From: Myxococcota bacterium
GTDB taxonomy: Bacteria > Myxococcota_A > SURF-8
DNA length: 64,000 nucleotides
Reading direction: 5' to 3'
Assembly: GCA_965140415.1 (NCBI GenBank)
Contig: OZ223209.1
Location: 1,408,001-1,472,000, forward strand
Of this stretch, positions 18,810 to 28,669 are shown piece by piece (within the stretch, counting starts at the first letter, position 1; the number at the start of each line of letters is the position of its first letter). The notes beneath the pieces were generated by a model. It searched no databases, was not told the origin of the DNA, and saw only the letters and a list, made by a program, of their open reading frames with translations. A program made the translations under genes and the position numbers.

Positions 18810-19733
18810 TTACACGCGACGAAACTGAATCAGGCTCCATTCGCCCTTGTGGCGCGTCAGTTCCGCCTTTAATCCATGTTCTTCAAAGGCTTGTTGTACG
18901 TCCTGTTCGTCATCGGTGAGAATGCCGGAGAGCAGCAGGCGACCGCCGGGAGCTACGACTCGCACGAGATCCTCCTTCAATCGCAACAGCACCGACGAAA
19001 TAATGTTGGCAATGACGAAATCGAATGGACCGGCGACTTGCGCCAATGGAGTCAAGGAAACCTGGATGGTGTTTCGTGAAACCTCATTAAGCTCCAGGTT
19101 CTCTACTGTGACACGTTCACATTCCGGGTCGTTGTCGATAGCAACGATTTCCGGTACACCCAGCTTGGCTGCGGCGATACTCAGAACTCCGGAACCCGTG
19201 CCGACATCCAATAGGTTTTGCGGCAGCGCATTTTCACGCGCCAGTTCTTCCAGCCGTTGTAGAACGAGAGAGGTAGTTTCATGACCGCCGGTGCCGAAAG
19301 CCATGCCGGGATCGATGCGAACCACTGCCGCGCCCGGTTCGGCTTCGACCTCTTCCCAACTGGGTGAAATCCACAGGCGCTCGCCGATGCGAATCGGGTG
19401 GAAGAAGGCTTTCCAAGCCGTTTTCCAATCCTGGTTGTCCAGCGGTTGGATGTGAAGTGGAAAGTTTTGTGCAGCCTGTTCGTTATTGGCAAGGCAATCC
19501 TGCCATGCCTGCCGTACGAGTTGCACCTGGGGATCTTCGGAGCGATCGGCTTGAATGTACCAGATCAACCTGGCCCGGTCTGCGGCGGGCGGGTCGCTTT
19601 CGCCGGGAGGAAGGCAGTCCGCCGTGATCGTCTGTACGCCGCCGATTTCTGCATCCATCAGTGCATCGCACATCGTTTCCACCAATTCCAAGGGGAGTTC
19701 CCCCTTGACTTCCAGCCATTTTTCTTCCGCCAT
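18810..19733 (-). CDS. prmA: Ribosomal protein L11 methyltransferase
   Basis: DWKTAWKAFFHP, DPGMAFGTGGHETT, LDVGTGSGVL, ANI, LLSGIL; ATG 19733 with GAGG RBS. Confidence 0.95.
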   Translation of the reverse strand: MAEEKWLEVKGELPLELVETMCDALMDAEIGGVQTITADCLPPGESDPPAADRARLIWYIQADRSEDPQVQLVRQAWQDCLANNEQAAQNFPLHIQPLDNQDWKTAWKAFFHPIRIGERLWISPSWEEVEAEPGAAVVRIDPGMAFGTGGHETTSLVLQRLEELARENALPQNLLDVGTGSGVLSIAAAKLGVPEIVAIDNDPECERVTVENLELNEVSRNTIQVSLTPLAQVAGPFDFVIANIISSVLLRLKEDLVRVVAPGGRLLLSGILTDDEQDVQQAFEEHGLKAELTRHKGEWSLIQFRRV

Positions 19734-19793
19734 TCGATCCTCATTTCCGTATGTCGTGCATGCGTCCAAGATGGACGTTGATTTGTGTGCTGT

Positions 19794-20384
19794 TTAATAC
19801 GAGTCGATTTCCGCCTTGTTGCCTGATGGCGCGTTGCGCACCCGAAACGAAAACCAGCCGTGCAGTTCTCCGCGTGCGGCCTGATCTTCCCTGCCGATCA
19901 AGGGACAGGAAAAGCTTGCCGCCACATCGTTTCCGACTTCATTGCCGAATCCGGTAAAGGTGATCGTAGATGCAGGTTCTTCGCAAGCCAGCGGGTAATA
20001 AGAAAACCCGAAGCTTTGTAGTAAATGCACCTGCAAACGCAACTCTTCGCGTTCGCCCAGCGGCAGTGCCTGTCCGATTTGCTGCTTTAAATTATCCGGC
20101 GATTCGACGCTCAACGTCAGGTTGTCACTGTCGGATGGCCATCCGTTTGAGCTTAGAATCTCAATGGTTGCGTGCGTGCCGATGTTCTCCAAGGTGAAAA
20201 ATGAAGCGTCCATGGTGTAGGATTCGCAGTCTTGCGGATCATCGGGATTGACGCAGACCGTACCGGAAATTTCGCCCTCGCCGTCGCCCCAGTCGTCACC
20301 GCAGCCTGCTGCCATTGCAAACGGCAGCAGCAATAAGACGCTCATAATCGCGTTTCTGAAAATCGGACAACGGCAAGGCATCAT
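19794..20384 (-). CDS. Hypothetical lipoprotein
   Basis: Lipobox AAGC followed by acidic GDDWGDGEGE; co-oriented between the M16 peptidase and prmA. Confidence 0.75.
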   Translation of the reverse strand: MMPCRCPIFRNAIMSVLLLLPFAMAAGCGDDWGDGEGEISGTVCVNPDDPQDCESYTMDASFFTLENIGTHATIEILSSNGWPSDSDNLTLSVESPDNLKQQIGQALPLGEREELRLQVHLLQSFGFSYYPLACEEPASTITFTGFGNEVGNDVAASFSCPLIGREDQAARGELHGWFSFRVRNAPSGNKAEIDSY

Positions 20385-20403
20385 GCGTGTTTCCTGTTAC
20401 TCC

Positions 20404-22998
20404 TTAATCCGCTTTCGGACCGACTTCCGCCAGCGAATAGGCATCGGATCGGATCAGGTGTTTGGCAACGTCAACCACGTGTTCCAGGGTGATGCCGGAA
20501 ATGATTTCCGGGTATTTCAAGTGGTTGGCGTAGCCGATGTCGTACAACTCGTTCATCAGTAATAGTCCGCTGACGGCGGAATTGGTTTGCAGACCGATGG
20601 CGTGGGAGCCGATCAGGTAGCGCTTGGCATCTTCCACTTCTTTTTCCGAGATGTCACCATCCACCAGCCGCTGCAACTCCTTCAGGATTCCTGTAATAGC
20701 CTGTTCGCGTTTTTCAGGACTGGAGCCGATATATACGGCGAAAAAGCCGGGATCGATGGATTCGAGGTGATTGGAGGACACGGAGTAGGCCAGGCTCTGC
20801 TTGTCGCGCAGCTCCATGAACAGCCGCCCGCCCTGCCCGGCGATAATGGCATTCAATACATCCAGTGCATAGCGCTTGGAGTCGTAAAAGGTCAGACCGG
20901 GAAAACCGAGCACGAGATGCAACTGCATTTTGTCCAGGAGTTTGTGGTTGCGCCGGATTTCCGTTTGAGGCGTTTCGGGCGTCGGCTGGGGCAATTCCTG
21001 GGTAGAGGGAAGCAGGTCGCCGAAACGTGCTTCGACGTTTTTAAGCACCAGATCGGGGGAGATATTTCCCACCACCGAGATGACCAGACGATCCGCCGAA
21101 AGGTGCTTGAAGTAGTAGTCGTGCAGGATCTCGGAGCTGATGCCCTCCACCGATTCCAGGCTGCCCATCGGGTCCATGCGGAAGGGGTGCTCCTTGTACA
21201 ACGTGCGGTTGAACAGGTCGAACGCGGCGTGGGCTGGGCTTTCATCGCGCGCCCGGATTTCCTCTTTTACCAGGTACTTCTCTTTTTCCAATTCACTTTC
21301 TGGCAGAGCGGGAGAAAGCAGGCATTCGGAGAACAGGTCGAAACCTTTTTCGAAATTGCGGCTGACGAAAACGCCTTTCAGTCCCAGCGTGTTGCGTCCG
21401 GAGAAGCCGCCCAGGCTGCCCGCCATGCCATCGACCAGTTCGGCGATCTTGCGCGCGTCTTTCGTGGCCGTTCCCAATGTCAGCATACGAGAAAGCAGGT
21501 TGTTCACGCCGTTATTGGTTTCATCTTCCATGCGCAGCCCGGCTAGGAATGCGGCTTGAACGCTCACCAGCGGCACGGAGTCGTTCTGTTTGATCAGCAC
21601 CCGCACACCGTTTTTAAGCGTGCAGCGAGCGATTCCATGCTCATCCGTTTCGATAGCAGGGCGGGATAGCTGGTTGGCTAACTCGAAGCCTTTATTTACG
21701 GCGTCCAGTAATTGCTGCTTCTCTGGCTGTGCTTCCATTTCCGTGGGCAAAAGCGCCACAACATTAGCGGCTTGCGGACGGAAATAGCGGCGTGCGGCAT
21801 CGAGCAGATCGGCGGCGGTCAGATTTTTCACCCGTGTAATGAAGTTCTGGTGAAAACCGAGATCGCCTGTGGCACTGTAAAAATAACCCAGCCGCCTTGC
21901 CTTGCCCTGGGCCGTCTGTTGCTGATAAATCGCCTCGTTTTCCACGATGGTCTTGGCTTTTTCGATTTCCGCCTGGCTGGGCGGCTCGACTTGGAACAGG
22001 AAGGCTTCATGTGCCAGTTCCTGCAAGGCTTCCAAGGTGTTATCGGGGGAGAGTTCCGCTTCCAGCATGAACAGGCCGTGGCTTTTTCCCGCATAAGGAT
22101 AGGCGTAGGCGTCGTTAACGAGTGTGCGGTCGCGTTGCAGGCGCTGCACCAGGCGGCAGCTATCGCCCTGGCCCAGCAGGATGCCCAACACTTCCAGCGC
22201 CGGGACATCCTCGTGGGTGACGCCGACAGCCGGGAAGGTGATTGCCACGTGCGCTTGCGACACGGAATCGGTCAACAGCGAAACGCGGGGCGTGGTTTGT
22301 TCGGGTTCGTGCGTCGGCTGATGTTGGGCGACTTCGCCATTCTGGAAGGAACTGAAAAACTGTGGCAGCTTGCCCTTTAACTCTTCCGTATCGAAGTCGC
22401 CGACCATCACCAGGGTCATGTTCTGCGGCGCGTACCATTTCTGGTAAAAGGCGTTCACTTTTTCCCGGGTGAAGGAGCGTACCGATTCATCCGTTCCGAT
22501 TACCGGATTGCGATAGGGATGATCGCTGAAAGAGATTCGGAAGGTTTCCTCGCTGATGCGCCGCTGCGGAGAATCCATGCCGCGCTTGATTTCCTCCCGG
22601 ATGACTTCCAGTTCCTGCGCCAGTTCGGTTTTATCCAGCGCTGCATGTTGAATGGCGTCAGAAAGGATATCCAGGCCCTGATCGATTTCGTTACTGGGCA
22701 TCACGATGTGATACACGGTTTCATCGAACGAGGTCCAGGCGTTGATATCGCCGCCTGCGGATTCGATATCGCGAGCGATTTCGCCCACGCCGCGCTTGGC
22801 GGTGCCTTTGAACAGCATATGTTCCATCACGTGCGCCAGGCCGGCTTCGTCGGGGTGTTCGTCGGCGCTGCCGACCTGCACCCAGATCTGATAAGCCACG
22901 ACCGGTGCGAAATGATCTTCTTTCAAAATGACGTGTAACCCGTTGTCCAGGTCGAATTGCACGATGTTCACGTCGGATGCTGATTGTCTGTTCGTCAT
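20404..22998 (-). CDS. M16 family zinc peptidase (pitrilysin/insulinase-like, two-module)
   Basis: Inverted zincin HVMEHMLFKGT, NAWTSFDETVY; second degenerate module (LKNGVRVL, RLFMELRDKQSLAY). Confidence 0.95.
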   Translation of the reverse strand: MTNRQSASDVNIVQFDLDNGLHVILKEDHFAPVVAYQIWVQVGSADEHPDEAGLAHVMEHMLFKGTAKRGVGEIARDIESAGGDINAWTSFDETVYHIVMPSNEIDQGLDILSDAIQHAALDKTELAQELEVIREEIKRGMDSPQRRISEETFRISFSDHPYRNPVIGTDESVRSFTREKVNAFYQKWYAPQNMTLVMVGDFDTEELKGKLPQFFSSFQNGEVAQHQPTHEPEQTTPRVSLLTDSVSQAHVAITFPAVGVTHEDVPALEVLGILLGQGDSCRLVQRLQRDRTLVNDAYAYPYAGKSHGLFMLEAELSPDNTLEALQELAHEAFLFQVEPPSQAEIEKAKTIVENEAIYQQQTAQGKARRLGYFYSATGDLGFHQNFITRVKNLTAADLLDAARRYFRPQAANVVALLPTEMEAQPEKQQLLDAVNKGFELANQLSRPAIETDEHGIARCTLKNGVRVLIKQNDSVPLVSVQAAFLAGLRMEDETNNGVNNLLSRMLTLGTATKDARKIAELVDGMAGSLGGFSGRNTLGLKGVFVSRNFEKGFDLFSECLLSPALPESELEKEKYLVKEEIRARDESPAHAAFDLFNRTLYKEHPFRMDPMGSLESVEGISSEILHDYYFKHLSADRLVISVVGNISPDLVLKNVEARFGDLLPSTQELPQPTPETPQTEIRRNHKLLDKMQLHLVLGFPGLTFYDSKRYALDVLNAIIAGQGGRLFMELRDKQSLAYSVSSNHLESIDPGFFAVYIGSSPEKREQAITGILKELQRLVDGDISEKEVEDAKRYLIGSHAIGLQTNSAVSGLLLMNELYDIGYANHLKYPEIISGITLEHVVDVAKHLIRSDAYSLAEVGPKAD

Positions 22999-23279
22999 CT
23001 CTTCTGATTCCTCCCGAAAAAGAAACGGTATTCAAACCGAAGGTAGCATTAATGAGGCGGTAGCGCCAAAGAACATTCCATATATAGACCGAGATTTCCG
23101 CCGGAATTACCATTTGAAACCTTAAAGTGGGTCGTATTGCCACAAATGCGGCCAGGGTATGGAAACAATTGTTTTTAAAAGGAAATTGAAAGTGTGGGCC
23201 AATGGTGATATGCTATTGTGCGTAAAAAATGGCGGATAAATTCAGCTACTGCCGCTTACCGAACGAGGAAAGGGCGTCG

Positions 23280-24701
23280 ATGTCCGAGCAAGTGACCACT
23301 CGCAAGCCGCGCAGGTTCAAGCGCGCGATTGCGATTTCGATTTTATTGATCCTGCTGATGCTGGTGTTCCCGGCGCTGTATTTCAATGGCGATGCCGCGA
23401 AAATCTGGCGTGCCTTGCGCACCTGGATGCCCGTTGTCGGTCCGATGATATATATCGTCAGTGCGATCATACTGATGGTGGTGATTCAGTTGATTCGTAC
23501 GCATCTGAAAAACAAACGGGAGCAGAAGGAGCAGGCGGAGAAAGTGCGCATGACGCGGGAACTGGACCGGGCCGATCGCGCCGTTCCGTCTGTTTCCAGT
23601 AAACTGGCCGCCGAGCGCAAAGCCGCACGGGAACAACTGGAGGCGCGTGCAAAGGCGGAAGTCGCCGCGCGCTTGCAGGATCCGGTGGAGCCGCGTTTTG
23701 CAAAAGTCACATCCGAACCGAGCCCGGAACGCATTCCGATCGACAGAAACCAGCTGAAAGACGTCTTCGAGCAGGAAATTCAACAGCGTTTCGCCAGCAA
23801 GCCGGAATTCCCGGATTCGTTGCAGTCTGCCGCTCCACCTGTTACGGCTTCTGCTTCTACGGAAACGGAACCGCAGATATGGGACGCTCCCCCGGAGTCC
23901 ATTTTTCAGCGTTCCCAGGGCCAGGAAGAGATCTTGCAGGATCCCATACAGCAGGCACAGCGCGATCTGGCTTCAGGCTTTTTCGCTCGCAGCGAAGTAG
24001 AGGAGCATTCGGCAGAGGATGCGCCGCTTTCGCCCCCCACGATACCGGAGGAACCGGTTGTGGCGGATCAGTCTCCACCGCCGGAAGTGTTGCTACGCGG
24101 CAGCGCAACGGAGGATTCCTCCGGCATAGGAAATGGAATGAACGGAAACGGGCGGCACTTCGAACCGGAAGAACCGGCGGCGTTTTCACGAGAGAGCGAA
24201 GTCGATTGGACCGCTCGCATGGCCAATGCCGCACAGCAGGGCAAGGGTGCTCCGGATGTGACTGCTTCCGATCCGGCGGCGGAAGACAACGATTTTGAGA
24301 ATATGTTCGCCGATGAGGGGTGGAAGGCCCGTTCCGGCAATGGAGCAAGCCCCGGTGCTTCTGATACGGAAACGAATGGCCAGGAAAGCAATTCGACGCA
24401 GCCTCCGCCTCCGCCACAGCCAGAAACAGCCACGCCCCCGATGCCCTTTACCGATCAGGAGCGGCAACGCCTGGAATGGGCGCTGACGACTTTGGGTATT
24501 ACCGATGAAGATGTGGAGATGGTCGATCTTACCCGAGACGATATCAATCGATTCTACCGTTTACGCGCCTTATTGTACCACCCCGACAAGCATTCCATTC
24601 CTACCGAAAAAAGCAAGAACTGGGCCGAGCAGAAAATGCGCGAATTGAACGAAGCCAGAAAATTGTTATTCACCCTTGTAGGTGATGAAGCCAGAGGGTA
24701 G
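23280..24701 (+). CDS. Membrane protein with long disordered linker and C-terminal J domain
   Basis: Two N-terminal TM segments, Pro/Glu/Ala-rich middle, C-terminal YRLRALLYHPDKH...KMRELNEARKLL; start 23280 or 23229. Confidence 0.8.
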   Translation: MSEQVTTRKPRRFKRAIAISILLILLMLVFPALYFNGDAAKIWRALRTWMPVVGPMIYIVSAIILMVVIQLIRTHLKNKREQKEQAEKVRMTRELDRADRAVPSVSSKLAAERKAAREQLEARAKAEVAARLQDPVEPRFAKVTSEPSPERIPIDRNQLKDVFEQEIQQRFASKPEFPDSLQSAAPPVTASASTETEPQIWDAPPESIFQRSQGQEEILQDPIQQAQRDLASGFFARSEVEEHSAEDAPLSPPTIPEEPVVADQSPPPEVLLRGSATEDSSGIGNGMNGNGRHFEPEEPAAFSRESEVDWTARMANAAQQGKGAPDVTASDPAAEDNDFENMFADEGWKARSGNGASPGASDTETNGQESNSTQPPPPPQPETATPPMPFTDQERQRLEWALTTLGITDEDVEMVDLTRDDINRFYRLRALLYHPDKHSIPTEKSKNWAEQKMRELNEARKLLFTLVGDEARG

Positions 24702-25124
24702 AATGGCAGAGTAGAGGTGATGTTTTTTCGCATTCGCCCGGTCTTTGTCAATGTGAATGGGAGCACATCCGTTCCGAGCGATTGAAGAGCGACAATCGCT
24801 CCGTTCATTGCGAGAGAAGTTGTGGCTTATTGTTAGCGATGGTGTTTTTCGGCGGGTTTACGCTCCGCCGCTGCGGCAATCATCAAAACTCTGTTGCTAA
24901 TGATCAAGAGCTGCTGTTCTTAGAAAACATTGTAAAATCGGTGTGTTAGCTTGATGGAAGGAGTGTTAGTGAATCCTAATTATGGTATAATTAAATAAAG
25001 TTTGATAAAAAATTGCAAAAATATCTTGAATTTATTTTGCAAGTAGGTAAAATATACCCAGTAGCTAATGCTTTTCTTGTGAAACGCAACCAAGCTTTTT
25101 CCGAATGAGCGGTGGAGGTGTCCA

Positions 25125-25841
25125 ATGGCCGGAAACGTAAACGATCTCGCAATCGGAAGATTATTGGAGATCAACAGGGCTCGCAAGCAGGAAACACAAG
25201 ACGATCCTTTCGAGCGCGCCCCGTTGAACGTGGGAATGGAGATGTATATCGATACCAAAATCGGTTTTTCTCCGAATAAGCCCATGAAATCTCTGCTGGT
25301 CGGATACATGAAAAACCAGTATCTGATTGTCACCACGCCGCGCATCGAGGGTCTTTCCGCCAAATATGCGGATTCCTCCAATATCGTGGTTCGCTACATT
25401 TCGCGCCGCAGCGTTTATTCTTTCCGTACGCAGGCGCTACGCACCATGGGACCGCCGTTCCACCTGACGTTTTTGCAATTCCCCGAAAAGGTAGAGGAAA
25501 CCGCCTTGCGCGCCAGTCCGCGTTTGCAGGTCGGTATTCCTTTCGGTCGCAGCGATGTCGAACCGAACCGGGAATTCATCATGAATCTGTCGTCGACCGG
25601 AGCGCTGTTGAAAATGGCTCAGCAGGTACCGATGGACTCCACTCTGATCGTCAGTTTCCACCTGCCCAACGGCCAGTTGCTGGAAAACGTGCCTTGCATG
25701 GTCAAACGTGTCGAGGCCAGTGGCAATGGTGTGTTAGCCGGTGTCATGTTCGATCCGAAGTATCCGCGCATTCGCCTGATCAGCGACTATGTGCGCTTCG
25801 TGCTGGAGGGCATCAGTTCGGAGACTTCGCTGGTGCGCTAA
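25125..25841 (+). CDS. YcgR/PilZ-domain c-di-GMP effector
   Basis: PilZN-like N-domain (LVGYMKNQYLIV, YSFRT), RASPR (RxxxR) and NLSSTGA (D/NxSxxG); GGAGG RBS. Confidence 0.85.
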   Translation: MAGNVNDLAIGRLLEINRARKQETQDDPFERAPLNVGMEMYIDTKIGFSPNKPMKSLLVGYMKNQYLIVTTPRIEGLSAKYADSSNIVVRYISRRSVYSFRTQALRTMGPPFHLTFLQFPEKVEETALRASPRLQVGIPFGRSDVEPNREFIMNLSSTGALLKMAQQVPMDSTLIVSFHLPNGQLLENVPCMVKRVEASGNGVLAGVMFDPKYPRIRLISDYVRFVLEGISSETSLVR

Positions 25842-25870
25842 GAATCCTCATAGGGTTTTACGAGACACAA

Positions 25871-25898
25871 AAAATCCCGCCACGTTCGGCGGGATTTT
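25871..25898. terminator. Bidirectional intrinsic terminator
   Basis: AAAATCCCGCC-acgttc-GGCGGGATTTT between the convergent PilZ gene and aspS. Confidence 0.85.
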
Positions 25899-25923
25899 GC
25901 TTATAGGGCATGTTCGATTTTCT

Positions 25924-27729
25924 TTATTCTTCCTTCGCTTTTTCTTCCTTGGGTGCCAGTTGCAGGCCCAACTCTTTTAATTGTCCCAGATCCACTTCGG
26001 AGGGGGCCTCGGTCATCAGGCAGTTACCCTGGGTGGTCTTCGGGAAGGCAATGACGTCGCGAATGGAGTTGGTGCCGGCCAGCAGCATGATCAGGCGATC
26101 CATACCGAAGGCGATGCCGCCGTGCGGTGGAGCGCCGAATTGCAGGGCGTCAAGCAGGAAGCCGAACTTGATGCGGGCTTCTTCTTCGCTGATTCCCAGG
26201 GCGGTGAACACCTGCTTCTGGATGTCGGCGCGATGAATACGGATCGAGCCGCCGCCGACTTCCAGACCGTTGAGCACCATGTCATAGGCGCGCGCACGCA
26301 CCGCCCCCGGATCGCTTTGCAACTTGTCCAGGTCTTCCGGTTTCGGATGCGTGAAGGGATGGTGGGTGCTGACCCAGCGGTTTTCCTCTTCACTGTAGTC
26401 GAACAGCGGGAAATCCGTAACCCACAGGAAATTCCACAGCGATTCGTCGATCAGGCCCATGGTTTTGCCGGCGTGCAGGCGCAGATGAGCCAAGGAGTCG
26501 TTGGTGACTTTAGCGCTATCGGCGACAAAGAACAGCACCGACTCCGGCTGTGCGCCGACGCGCTCGTTGACTTTGGCGACCAGTTCGGGATCGAAGAACT
26601 TGCCGATGCCGCCCTGCCAGCCGTCCGCAGTGACGCGCGTCCAGGCCAGTCCTTTTGCGCCATACACCTTGACTACCGCCTGGAAGTCTTTTTCGATGAA
26701 GCTGCGGGACAGTTTCTTGTCCGGATCGGCTACGCATAAGCCCTTGACGAGCCCGCCGTTGCTGATCGTATTCGAGAAGACTTTGAAGCCGCAGTCTGCA
26801 AACAGGTCGTTAAAACCATACAGTTTACAGTCGAAGCGCGTATCGGGACGGTCGATGCCGTAGCTTTCGATGGCTTGCTTGTAGTCCAGGCGCGGGAAGG
26901 GACGCGGCAGGTCGATTCCCTTGGTTTCTTTCCAGATGGCGGCGACCAGTCCCTCGAAGATGTCGTAAATGGTTTCTTCGGTCGGGAAAGACAGTTCGCA
27001 GTCGATCTGGGTGAATTCCGGTTGCCGGTCGTTGCGCATGTCTTCGTCGCGGAAGCAGCGCACGATCTGGAAATAGCGGTCGAAACCGGCAACTTGCAGA
27101 ATCTGCTTGAAAAGCTGCGGCGACTGCGGCAGCGCGTAGAAGTCGCCTTTATGAATGCGGCTGGGCACCAGAAAGTCGCGCGCGCCTTCCGGCGTGCTTT
27201 TCGTCAGATACGGCGTTTCGATTTCCAGGAAATTCTGTTCGCTTAAATAGCGTCGCGTGATCTGGTTGACCTGGTGGCGAAGCAGCATGATGTCCTGTAG
27301 GGGTTTACGGCGCAAGTCGAGGTAGCGATACTTCAGCCGCGTGACCTCGGTGGCGTCGGTTTCGTCTTCGATCTGCAACGGCAAAGGTTCGGATCGAGCC
27401 AGAACTTCGAAACGCTGCGCCTTGATTTCGATTTCACCGGTAGCCAGACGGGTATTGATGTTGCCGCCGCGTCCGATGACTTCGCCCTGCACCGCCAGCA
27501 CGAACTCATCGCGGATGGCGTTGGCGCCGGTGACGTCCTGACCCAGATCGTTGTAATCGAATACCACCTGCGTAAAACCGTAACGGTCGCGCAGATCGAT
27601 GAAAAGGCAGCCGCCGTGATCGCGCCAGGATTTCACCCAGCCTTTGAGCACGACCTGCTCGCCTATATGTTCTTTTCTCAATTCTCCGCAAGTATGGGTG
27701 CGGGCCACTGTTTCCAGGCTCGTCGTCAT
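25924..27729 (-). CDS. aspS: Aspartate--tRNA ligase (likely non-discriminating Asp/Asn)
   Basis: RTHTCGEL, RDHGG, STPEGARDF, LPQSPQLFKQ, CFRDED, RQPEFTQ, GAPPHGG, IAFPKT. Confidence 0.98.
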   Translation of the reverse strand: MTTSLETVARTHTCGELRKEHIGEQVVLKGWVKSWRDHGGCLFIDLRDRYGFTQVVFDYNDLGQDVTGANAIRDEFVLAVQGEVIGRGGNINTRLATGEIEIKAQRFEVLARSEPLPLQIEDETDATEVTRLKYRYLDLRRKPLQDIMLLRHQVNQITRRYLSEQNFLEIETPYLTKSTPEGARDFLVPSRIHKGDFYALPQSPQLFKQILQVAGFDRYFQIVRCFRDEDMRNDRQPEFTQIDCELSFPTEETIYDIFEGLVAAIWKETKGIDLPRPFPRLDYKQAIESYGIDRPDTRFDCKLYGFNDLFADCGFKVFSNTISNGGLVKGLCVADPDKKLSRSFIEKDFQAVVKVYGAKGLAWTRVTADGWQGGIGKFFDPELVAKVNERVGAQPESVLFFVADSAKVTNDSLAHLRLHAGKTMGLIDESLWNFLWVTDFPLFDYSEEENRWVSTHHPFTHPKPEDLDKLQSDPGAVRARAYDMVLNGLEVGGGSIRIHRADIQKQVFTALGISEEEARIKFGFLLDALQFGAPPHGGIAFGMDRLIMLLAGTNSIRDVIAFPKTTQGNCLMTEAPSEVDLGQLKELGLQLAPKEEKAKEE

Positions 27730-27925
27730 CCGGTCCTCCTTCTTCTTCTGATGCCTGAGCGATCGAACCGCTTAAGGGGGGGATTATGTCGGTTGCGCGT
27801 AACGGAGTCAAGCTTTGTTCGGTGAACCTAAGGATTTTCCTTGCAAAGCCCCCCGTTCAGGCTAACATGGTATTGACGTCCCGAGGACGCTTAGGGTAGT
27901 TCGAAAAAATGGAATCGGCAGGGGA

Positions 27926-28669
27926 ATGTTTCGACAATTGCTGGCTTTTATTGCGTTTGTAGTGATCCGGCTCTGGTGCCTGACGCTGCGATATCGCTTC
28001 ATTGATGGTCATCATAGCTTGTTGAAAGTTCAGGACGGCTACTCGGTTCTGTATGCCTTCTGGCATGGCAAGCAGTTGATGTTGTTCGGTTATCCCGGTC
28101 CCCGTCCGATGGTGCAGATGGTTTCGCTGTCCAAAGACGGCGATTTGCAGAAAGCGATTCTTGGGTGGTTCGGTTTTTCCGTGGTGCGCGGTTCACCGAA
28201 AAAGCGTGGTGAACAGGCGCTGTACGAAATGACGGAACAGGTGCTGCAAGGCTATCACGGCGCGTTGGCGGTGGATGGCTCGCGTGGTCCGGTGTGCCAG
28301 GTCAAACCGGGAATCGTGCATGTCGCGCGCGACACCGGAGCGGTCATCATTCCCATTGCTGCTGCGGCGCGTTACCGGACGGTGCTTAAAAGCACCTGGG
28401 ATCAGTACGAAATTCCCTGGCTTTTCTCTCCCACGGTGATTGTGGAAGGCCAGCCTATCGAAGTCGATCAGGAAATCGACGACGACGAATTGGAGCGTAT
28501 CCGCAAGCAACTGGAGTTGCGCTTGCGCATGTTGAATCTGAAGGCCGAAGAAATGGTGCGGCCTGAAAAGCAGAAGTCAGCGGATGATGAGCAGAACGTG
28601 GACGCGAAGGGCGATGACGAGTCTGAAGACCGCAGCAGCGACCGGGCAGAGAAAGATGTAAGGCCATGA
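27926..28669 (+). CDS. DUF374 / lysophospholipid acyltransferase family protein
   Basis: AFWHGKQL, VSLSKDGD, VRGS, AVDGSRGP, STWD; heads the lipid A operon. Confidence 0.88.
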   Translation: MFRQLLAFIAFVVIRLWCLTLRYRFIDGHHSLLKVQDGYSVLYAFWHGKQLMLFGYPGPRPMVQMVSLSKDGDLQKAILGWFGFSVVRGSPKKRGEQALYEMTEQVLQGYHGALAVDGSRGPVCQVKPGIVHVARDTGAVIIPIAAAARYRTVLKSTWDQYEIPWLFSPTVIVEGQPIEVDQEIDDDELERIRKQLELRLRMLNLKAEEMVRPEKQKSADDEQNVDAKGDDESEDRSSDRAEKDVRP

